Of a DNA stretch of 63,707 bases, positions 60,801-63,707 are shown one piece after another. Source of the stretch: Bacillota bacterium (lineage in GTDB: Bacteria; Bacillota; Clostridia; Christensenellales; DTU072); NCBI GenBank assembly GCA_009781445.1, contig WQYD01000005.1, positions 1-63,707 of the forward strand, in the 5' to 3' direction. Made by a program: the position numbers and the translations under genes. Under the pieces are notes generated by a model. That model had not been told where the DNA came from and did no database searches. It saw only the letters and a program-made list of their open reading frames with translations. Position 1 is the stretch's first letter; every line of letters starts with the position of its first letter.

Positions 60801-63707
60801 TTGCGTAAAGCACAAACAATGCACTTGCGAAGTCTGCCCTTGTTGCGATTCTTGCAAGCCCCATGTTTATTGGTGCAACTGCGATATTTGCGATAATTGT
60901 TCAACCTGCAATTACTGCGATTGGTGCGATTGCTGTAATCTCTGCGCTAATGAAGGTTGCTGTGAATGCGAACGCTGGCGGTGCAGGTGGACTTGCGATT
61001 GTTGCTGGTACTGCGCAAGGCACGATAAAGAACCCTGCGGTTGCGTCATGTGTTACGGTTGCTGGAATTGCCAATTGTGTGACGGCGCGTGTGATTGCCC
61101 CTGCAAAGGTTGTGGGGACGGTAGCGGTTGTTGCCTATGCGAATCAAAATATTGCTATTTCATTGATTGCCCCTGCCCAGAGTGCCACGCTTGCTTCTGG
61201 CATCATAATGGGTATAATGAGTATAACTTCGGCTGTTGGTGCTGGTTCTGCGTATCCTGCGGTGGTTGTGCGATAAGATCTCACATACTTGACTGCAATT
61301 GTGCCTGTGATCACTGCGAAGGCGAGGGCTGTTGCCACTGCGATCAATCTAACTGCAAACCCTGCAGTTGCGATTGGTGCAATGGCTGTAGAAATCACAA
61401 AGATTACTTCCCTGATTTTTATTACAAGGAATGCAAATGCGTTATCTGTGACGAATGCGATAATTGCGTTTGCCCTGCTTGCGGAGAGTGCTATAACGCG
61501 GGATTCTGCGATAGTTCCGCTTGTGAATGCGAATATTCTTGCAGACTTTGTAAGGACGAAGGTTGTTGCAAATGCAGTTGGTGGGATTGCGTTAAATGCC
61601 GTTGCAATCAAAGCCATTACACAAGCTACTGCAGGCACTGCATAACCCACAATGCTAACCCCTGCGATTGCGATAATAACATTTGCGATTGTTGCGGTGT
61701 TTGCACCATTCACATGATTTGCCCCTGCGAAGCGTGCGCGGATTGTGATTCCGAGTGCTTTAGGCATGACGGCTGTAAGTATTGCCCGTGTTGCGACACT
61801 TGCGCAAATGTGGGCTGTGCTTGCGAAATCTGCCCGTGTTGCACCGTTTGTCAAGTTGATAGTTCCTGCGATTGTAGCATTTGCAGGTGCGGTGCTTGCC
61901 TTACATGTTACGAATGCGAATGCTGTGAATATTGTGGTGGTGACGGTTGCTGTTGGTGCGATTGGGATAATTGCGATTATTGCAGGCGTTGCTGTTGGAA
62001 CTGTTCTACCCACGAAATGCCTGATTGCGGTTGCGTAGTGTGCGGTTGCTGGAATTGCGAACTTCATGACGGCGGTTGCGATTGCGAATGCAAAAATTGC
62101 GGTGATTATTGGAGAGGCTGTTGCGTATGCGATCCTGATAACTGTAGCATTTACATTTGCGCTTGCCCTGATTGCAATTGGTGTCACACCCACGATTGGA
62201 ATAGCTGTTATTGCTGGTACTGCGCTTGCGGTGCTTGCACAAGTTGCGACCCCTGCGAACATTGGTGCAGTTGCGGTGATATAGGCTGTTGCCACTGCGA
62301 AGGTGGCTGTTCGTACTGCCAATGCGGTTGGTGTTGGAGTTGTTCAAAGCACATGGGCGCTTGTGGCTGTTGCTTACCTTGCAATTGCGATATTTGCGAA
62401 GTTTGTGATTGGTGCTTATGCCCCTGCGGAGGTTGCCCAGGTTGCGGTACTTGCCCCCAAGATCATAAATGCTTTAACTGCGCAGACGATCCTAACGGCT
62501 GTTGCGCTTGCGATTGGGATAACTGCGATAGGTGCGCTTGCGATAAGTGCGAAAAATGCTTCTGCAAAGGTTGTCAGTTTAGGTGCAAGACTCATAGTGG
62601 CGAATGTTCTTGCGTTATATGCTACTGCGGTGTTTGCCAAACGCATGAAAGAGAATGCGTATGCAAATGTAAATTATGCGGAGATTGGGGCTGTTGCGTA
62701 TGCGAACCCCTTGAGTGCTTAGTATTCAATTGCCCCTGCGAGGAATGCCGTTACTGCAGACATCACCCCGATAACACACAGGGTTACTATGAAAGGTGCC
62801 GTTGCGAATTCTGCTGGATCTGCGGAGAATGTGCTTGGCACAACGGTTGCGAACACAAGGAAACTTGTATTTATTGCGGTGGCGAGGGCTGTTGTATTTC
62901 AGGTGTAAGGTGCGATTCCAGACCCTGCCGTTACTGCCCACCGGGTTGCCACAAATCGTGGGGGTACTACAATTGCAGAACTCACAATCCTAATATTAAT
63001 AGTTGCGATACTTGCGATTGGTGTCTTTGCACCGTTTGTGGCGGTTGCCAAAACTGCGGTACTTGTAACCACGAGTGCAAACACTGCGAAGACGAAGGCT
63101 GTTGCTTTTGCGCCGATTGGTGGGAATGCGATTATTGCCCATGCGTTGGGTGCAATGTTTGCCGTGCGCATGCTATAGATTACCATTATGTATTCTATGG
63201 CTACAAGATTGAATGCGAATGCACTTATTGCGCCTGTTGCTTAGCGCGTTGCGACTTCTGCGATAGCACGAGATATCGTTGTAGCACTCACTTCACCTGC
63301 GCTTGTATCACTTGCGCTTGCGGTGCTTGCACAGTTCACAATCCTTGCGAATGTCCGTGCAATGAATGCGGGGAAATCGGCTGTTGCGTTTGTGAAAGCG
63401 GTAACTGCGTAATCTGCAAATGCGATAACTGCACAACCCACAAATCCTGCGAATGCACCTGTGATTGCGAGGACGAAGAAACCTGTTGCGACTGCGATAG
63501 CGGAAACTGCGTAATCTGCGAATGCGATAACTGCACAACCCACGAATCCTGCGAATGCGGTTGCGATTGTGACGGTGACGAAACCTGTTGCGAATGTGAC
63601 GAAGTTAACTGCAAAGAATGCGTATGCTGTGAAGCCTGCGTAACTCACGAACCTTGTGATTGCCACTTCTGCGCTTGTGAAGCCTGCTTAGAGTGCGACG
63701 CTTGCGA
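42847..63707 (+). CDS. Giant (>=6953 aa, 3'-truncated) secreted/surface protein: ~11 beta-helix-like modules, an Ig-like domain and a >=2240-aa Cys-rich region
   Basis: AAGAGG RBS then ATG 42847 MRRFLAMNKNAITKVAIIALILAVITTIVLVSVPL. The frame is open wherever I translated it and ends CHFCACEACLECDAC at the window edge. The ORF track lists no ORF in this frame, as expected for a frame lacking a stop. Confidence 0.93.
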   Translation, partial: MRRFLAMNKNAITKVAIIALILAVITTIVLVSVPLGGRGSDSRLPSDHGNVILSPPIDNPLGKSYEYTIRKQGSTYIAESYYVSTGAYTVAQGLVLNNIMGAIREDADGADSEVLFGQGQTLNVGDDALRFFNNDFMIPWGTVTVSGTITGTGGNTAVVVVEVPNIIFNANATATGAGEAIRFASEGDLTIQSATIANSGSGTAIRNMGEGSLYAIASTLTSNGSAVVVNQLGTAVLDNSTVTNTGSAGFALNNSDIAVITEGSTVTSRGTVATVYSQYSAKLTVGAKSAVIASGIAKVENTGLGSAIQTLSTDSATQILASAQILNNSSFATIQYSGTATLLITGAKVANAGGGASINSTVEGGNITLGGLVQITGEIRIFPSQLGVDVSSTPSRFNPGSAVFNVCVNGTSPQDFGVGSKFVLNGSVFSNNFTLTNTGFIAGKGLGADSVHLVMLVANVETSDYYIVTKANDLYTVSGEYTPGGNRYSLANGITSAKASAELIKSSAGGRDVSIFFGWANLATAFGRDIFEISGSGWGEVTLLGNLAGMVQIGEAKDYNRDTWFSTVGVNVISYANIAYSSSDSPAIRLCVNSTLTILGGAVISSQGYAVGMDSGIDWDTGYNLSEASFLHINGASAVVDGVDGGTVLLEKGTIRYQVYYTYFTMTGGTLTNIEYTYLLEGSHISGGEITSATNGNSYVLFDGSYTISGGKITSHSDYAFRTGWDAYGGDLTAVIDNTGGNLVLDIKGKLLCYGYYEIFNIDTVVGDGIGGARDITLINSKIVANNGDGLRGDGGGFLRAEIINSHIEALYAGLYIDSLVGESIISDSTIISHSYYALAGFYSYGNDAFLTITNSTITSYDSIAVTLAIPFLIEDGTISAPSSGIAFQINDAPATVKNSTITGDIQIWNETSFFTLGGEIILNGSIVLVPQDVGGAGLALDDCFVPMQTYQLHLAGSYGVEYEPGALVVANGGTHISYFEASSIDPPSRVELALSMRPGFENDIVVEGADDSRGFDYIIRADGVFCADTNFRISANNLQEGLNAIRRDARGQSVNITIEGTAGINSWNPSPSATNTRRFENDGSSRWGTIHLYADSYHFTINTTNNYLNTLFVVGTGVHVVSYINASRIHGDQYETQTNNDDLIFDVLEGGRLTIAEGLLINKYADRHTNVIRLAENSTLKAEAIINGGDIFGGFIIGGGTLTMNAGDVSIFYSFSSSSSPQYAINNVHTAISIGSGGTLNIRGGYININQMTGYSVNLLAIGSGDSLASTDDDITISITGGTIDIRQQSTFARLTAIDAGRAGANILIRNAELNITQLCTSSGTATALITRTEATITFDNATIDINQNGASASSVGIASGTNGIFNITDSTVEMTDSTPRLINVQTNTLLTITGSEVLTVSTYQQVSTSYYVIQASNESIVTVIDSLIRSFSGNAIIAQGGSTIRLISGTVQSGTSASARSITDTSSASATNQATIEFNPKALEIKGIMKINSEKLFVIEVEGPDMGQMFLFHIEINGESFVDFSLGSIAVMEGEQYALRFRSSQGFSMAICPFSSAEFPGYGNLILGISLPEIELFYIIRHNTTSGDYRYDVFKTDEEGNEEQIVENKAMEYALADTRVDANGAVAELYFENVNTNIRIDLYNFYDEAWGPIVLRGQVYSTLSTDYTFKISENMQVYMDMDLTSSQSAGGAVQVAGTTALRSTLYIIDGTISYASSGTIIHARTSNVFIIGGRVERLANGSNTASGSVVDISDNTSQFYIEGEDTRIINHQNAGSAENTLATLRLGSTANAVFMGGRILSTGTVNTIYAQGATISLRGGQIINTAEGIAIYNASASVNISGGTISALGGYAYWGATSISYHNSLSGQLSMSGAPKFIGDFSVNSNLLSASTTLNLGNDIIKVYLRGNLADDWTLGTIVMRGGVAHMANFNFIFVNPASDAGSAYFFGAGLGSSANHVVVSHAKMGTQTYEYYYLQVTGGRSMVRGYFADGTWYTIMDTATVSSGALSRTFQFAIPQDAIASPTVDLIFGFNGDPFNLGTQTMSLTSTWTLSGKIVSFTGNIIGNLNSTYSSLVSLNAELSGSYPREILFDAQIHNFGTAPALSVGREGATQAGVSFLGGIVKNTGGGSALQISGVYRSNNGYLTAISDSTEPTVTFSTHRRSYEVHGLHATNLGSGPALGITGVIGERGLGNTSVHYTISGENTVLRSEGGAGIFFSAFHDETAAVETSFTMLGGTVSGLTAGIHITGHTSVHRPLEVNINGGTVFSNNGNAVVIGQYATLTFAVERTDKATSAPVLYSISGYALHFTNYLRDIYIGEEATVYSINSYAIITQGHLYINSSNSAEIPTKIYSVNGVAIAIDGYSLWGSTVHFVDNGGEIVIFSEGGYAIAVSGSGNVRGYGTSTQVTIYSIPSHAIYVYGFGGIHLDSMRASVYIYSELDIPVYLQSTWTNSQSHFHVANRIVNFAEDMPSIYTAQSINLAHGSGNTSPVGIEGHILLDYSATIQLSNSSAPKGANETGEVSVRLAGEPNVDWVTGAIVATNSGHASQLALFTHYTLDGEGDIQLRRVSNNIVIYFAGVPAEPGYNDYIIYNNTSGGFTLLEGATNWQFSNHDMENIISALDFRTQHFAQQTGNYMFTLRFGRTDSEWLNIGDQTVFFINGMLGFYMLGNIRGSSSEGVVVFHGHLWGYSGVIISCNITSEGSGLALASNGAWLHFARGTIQNTGTGGAYSDKSGHWDGMWWGGWEYAPYTHVGSNLPVSFLSNSATVPTVYISGLLYLYGKNVTIKNTALGGTALHMQGGADISLDYYNNRYYGNGSYEDQMSRLYSNGISPYMFAIIDNAVSAELPHGLILIEGCTGILIPIGGDVRVMVGDPRRVSGSITIRSNGIGSAVENHGVFLLKDPNVVPPSMGPRNWGGGGEYQVTDFNPNVQVLVTSSGDYTIFSTGYMLIPAYSNVQIVNSGTGYAIYGWEPDPDFYDYHGNWYWWGNLYYEAGMIDIFAESVAYTLGYENDYGEWTILYLIQEVTLGQNITGKISVYAEHFRAQLSDGWGGHRDEHGNWTNLYAPAHFPSSFPITLSGEFGIDWHEGSRVMWWGAPYANEVLLTNRGFIASPGRSYEDMDDLVATSYIPLGIYTITQSGNYFMVMGERLGGAPYLVAYDGDLNFAFGEIQYDARNLTEITINFGLLGSPLNIGARGNITLSGAWPKTNFAGTLDASFNGYLFSYGSGVNIATTANIANASGGVFNQTGGSLSIEGGNITAVGRAVNATGGMVYMSGNPQIQGRINAGIAGIDASGLVPTTTRLYVVESENAVPGNVMIINGAQWARNFAFASNGYFFAVGTGIHENHLVVSDIATKLYAYEITKSGNTYIATGYRSDGARYVVDNGVADSVQSAVDAIKVDAEGNNLSITFVDFSEVLDINTNLVTLNNAIGTWGTITLAGAIISNVNGGSDSAVIIIEDGVSVQSFLDITNSGNAYAFRNNGAGTLTITTGSVLNTGTGSVIGNYGGGTLAIGGGTVNSSTKEAIISTGGIVDIFGTTSQVVGKGEAVLLVSNTALKLNGGLVTNASGANDYAVKLTDNQSSLTIGGSPKLVGNLGAYPEQITVINTFNPTSVYSVVPQGSYQTDWNVGDIYVFGGANFLLNFMLENEEGLSLNKQGNNLIVSTESPAIYRYRIVNGVYPLYEVYGFYANNQEFLMSNSLPGIPEALNLINSDANGANVEIIFGKGGSDILDMRAPSIQSPFNVAFNNDNGVWGNITLLGSAFKYARPIILDGVTVVSRANISKHEYDMGVFELFDDVTFTIESGLLESWADIVYFSGSRSTLNVTGGELICYSGTNGYAINMSSVESHNIVNIYGENTKIIGASAISISGEGSTVNVYGGELISRRFSVIDQGCYTTLNVYDGSILAEHGWNGVLWGCCYSVINIYGGLLENLNPVDDDYNYNPIVDDIHSSIWMQGAEFNIYGGTINALVYAKYCHFGWCCDSVDAIVTLGGTPEVNRTIILVSGSVANVVTSGANAFNPQGNIYTLEVRGGRAGDIVVLNGANFLSRFNLIKSSFTLEVIGNNIVLSNSAPKTYEYTIVEENRGGNIGFAVYGERVNGAIYEVIFTSVIADAINAIRSDASGFDCNITFGKDGETLDIGSASAVFSNAGISTWGTIYLFGSLSAGVTSANSATLRIETDAVVLSWATVESYAVGNAVQHMGADILYIRGTVINSAGGRSAVNMSSGTLEFEEAVVTSNGSSATVANLGSGRLVIENGNLIENTGTGSAVQGSDTGLIFMDRISTIHGNISVFVNTLHVRVFNPAVNDKFYIDLRGNLGEDFVTGDSVVIGGANYFDNFYSANQSNYWFALGEGAKINDIVVGGYKTYEYIISNVGAGSYKVESALSNGSRFQIAFGLCIQESLMTIRHDAESYDVKITFENVDLGNSSVTISDYDFMGYTGTWGVISIYGDITSEGSTATVITEDEVIVKSFANISNTSDNGKAVLHGSAQMLAIAGGEINGSVSALITAGILALTNTPVINGDIAVFSSQLDVSAVGAFVPQSNQYTVHLLGNFSTGSVAVAGAGNFLSNFVLSDSLAETYRIVRGTGTNSNHLVLAGFISEIHITNVVAPVGGQTPNFTSALPAHSSYSVVETSWAPVAGSFGYGTVYTVRVTVSASANYSFADIIGFATINGSVAEVTYNLNGTITLALSFAKTACAPCDCCGFHFGELCGEEDCEFTKACNCRFCDCCGKCQRHADPEECCCDRCYCYFCACGVCLECDWCEHSCTHCADEGCCWCDWENCGVCYCYLYGEEGNIRCWGCTVHDIFCENCCEACECTTCDNCNAWCLCPCGGCSKCGDCTCDCEHCGDQGCCWCEWDICYGCYCCSICLIHESCDCEVCGYCWQCGWCGYECDCPCKLCGYEGCCVCDSENCKRFPCPCPDCDHCGFHVDCCGYSSCSCRDCGCEFCGCGACYLHDEPCDCECWNCGDIGCCYCEDTCYGCWCSIWGEGFPCSNCCVPHGLCDCVACGECGVCLCACGACPNCDGCEHNCQFCEDEGCCWCEYWLCYGCWCCGNCETHKPCKCYWCGCNNCTQCQEHHFCICVVCGCGMCSFHDGGCDCECKNCGDIFGGCCVCDPDNCFIYSCPCPECHYCVAHKSVCPPGYCSGGWCEWCCVYGVGKQTCDCWWCNTCGECGIHGDCQSYRCEDCFCPSGWICSKTGSCFCGYCDDCEWCLCSCEHSECYINECRGCCKCEWWNCGHCYCGTCGCANHTNAKCVCTYCPCSQCGRCEVHEYCRCVACYCGNCLFHDGDDCGCGCKHCADEGCCVCESDYCKIYKDCPCGCNYCFVHPPYCGCWDSPHCSCNKIINGCWCWYCACGACMECDPCEHWCDNCADIGCCYCESWNCIYCDYYYDNENCVCCPCVHNGHNNQCDGENRCSFHFPPCDCELCTLCGFCICVVCGECMDCGDCCGVGCVHCEDNGCCLCSECSTWCWCCYICEAHLGGCICYYCDCCGVCLNCFACKCEVCRCGLCAYHDGGCDCECKNCGHWYLGCCVCKPETCKKKTDCPCPDCDWCYTHFHRYWCGCNPKDCPHYCCPGCAEEQNVIYECECWFCLACGACWEHGGCEHTCPYCGDQDGGCCHCDWDNCDWCPCSFCWNCTEHDNPCDCCFPCKCTICTDCYNGCLCACGACPHCEGCEDCDCGYCGDEGCCFCDYLRWECYYCDCCSVCRVHSNMPWNPCNCTICDECDYCTVHSFCRCFCELCDSQGCCECRDRDCDWCWCERCEKCYVHDISCVCWFCYNCGYCMVHFPWFCFCECNFCDGSGCCACDSGNCQIYDCVCEDCNHCLTHACCCYSEYCECWFCEQCGECFIHDDCGHCQYCEGEGCCLCESEKCFHCACYNSYQYNGCEACSFHQICYCETCTLCDFCLCECGACLKCGDCEHRCPRCLDLGCCFCDFWACNRCSCCDGCLNHGRPHPHPCNCDSCDCCGGCVKHKQCTCEVCPCCDSCKPHVYWCNCDICDNCSTCNYCDWCDCCNLCANEGCCECERWRCRWTCDCCWYCARHDKEPCGCVMCYGCWNCQLCDGACDCPCKGCGDGSGCCLCESKYCYFIDCPCPECHACFWHHNGYNEYNFGCWCWFCVSCGGCAIRSHILDCNCACDHCEGEGCCHCDQSNCKPCSCDWCNGCRNHKDYFPDFYYKECKCVICDECDNCVCPACGECYNAGFCDSSACECEYSCRLCKDEGCCKCSWWDCVKCRCNQSHYTSYCRHCITHNANPCDCDNNICDCCGVCTIHMICPCEACADCDSECFRHDGCKYCPCCDTCANVGCACEICPCCTVCQVDSSCDCSICRCGACLTCYECECCEYCGGDGCCWCDWDNCDYCRRCCWNCSTHEMPDCGCVVCGCWNCELHDGGCDCECKNCGDYWRGCCVCDPDNCSIYICACPDCNWCHTHDWNSCYCWYCACGACTSCDPCEHWCSCGDIGCCHCEGGCSYCQCGWCWSCSKHMGACGCCLPCNCDICEVCDWCLCPCGGCPGCGTCPQDHKCFNCADDPNGCCACDWDNCDRCACDKCEKCFCKGCQFRCKTHSGECSCVICYCGVCQTHERECVCKCKLCGDWGCCVCEPLECLVFNCPCEECRYCRHHPDNTQGYYERCRCEFCWICGECAWHNGCEHKETCIYCGGEGCCISGVRCDSRPCRYCPPGCHKSWGYYNCRTHNPNINSCDTCDWCLCTVCGGCQNCGTCNHECKHCEDEGCCFCADWWECDYCPCVGCNVCRAHAIDYHYVFYGYKIECECTYCACCLARCDFCDSTRYRCSTHFTCACITCACGACTVHNPCECPCNECGEIGCCVCESGNCVICKCDNCTTHKSCECTCDCEDEETCCDCDSGNCVICECDNCTTHESCECGCDCDGDETCCECDEVNCKECVCCEACVTHEPCDCHFCACEACLECDAC
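56968..63707 (+). repeat. Degenerate Cys-rich coding repeat array within the giant ORF
   Basis: GGC/GGT-TGT-TGC (GCC) anchor recurs about every 170-280 nt; TGC/TGT-rich periodic sequence. Confidence 0.9.

Noticed and set aside
56954-63666. Many Ala/Val/Ile-rich (+2 frame and minus strand) and Arg/Asn/Ser/Gln-rich ORFs in the ORF track
   Set aside because: They are shadows of the TGC/TGT-rich Cys frame of the giant gene; they are fragmented and have no RBS or family motifs.
56968-63707. Giant multiheme cytochrome c (nanowire) interpretation
   Set aside because: The recurring motif is CxxCxxH, not CxxCH. Only a few CxxCH were seen (58261, 61174, 62173), which chance explains at ~33% Cys.
56968-63707. 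Selenocysteine or stop-codon recoding
   Set aside because: No in-frame TGA/TAG is needed; the frame is open in the standard code and other genes in the window end in TGA, TAA and TAG normally.

Overview
Low-GC bacterial chromosome segment, most likely from an anaerobic Clostridia-type Firmicute (inferred from gene content, sigma-A promoters, a LexA-like box and a HisR-like operator). Positions 1-42 kb are mostly ordinary: glycogen genes (GH13, glgP, glgA), dinB, an 8-gene surface-polysaccharide locus, a hybrid sensor kinase, a his operon (hisZ-hisG fusion, no hisH), a Glu dehydrogenase, mntP, ung, malQ, floA/nfeD, oxoacid oxidoreductase beta/gamma subunits and ttcA. Several families of intergenic repeats are scattered through it. 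The main finding is absent from the ORF track because it has no stop codon in the window: one reading frame starts at ATG 42847 and runs off the end (>=6953 codons). It encodes an N-terminal signal/anchor, about 11 diverged beta-helix-like modules, one Ig-like domain, and then a >=2240-aa region that is about one third cysteine, built from about 30 degenerate C-x-x-C-x-D-x-G-C-C-x-C / CxxCxxH units. Other notable items: two small Cys-rich genes (one below the ORF-track cutoff), a flippase-FrhB fusion, a modular heptamer-repeat family that has also inserted in-frame into a PPTase gene, and a duplicated ~265-bp structured element with compensatory base changes. All calls come from reading the sequence by eye; no searches were run.
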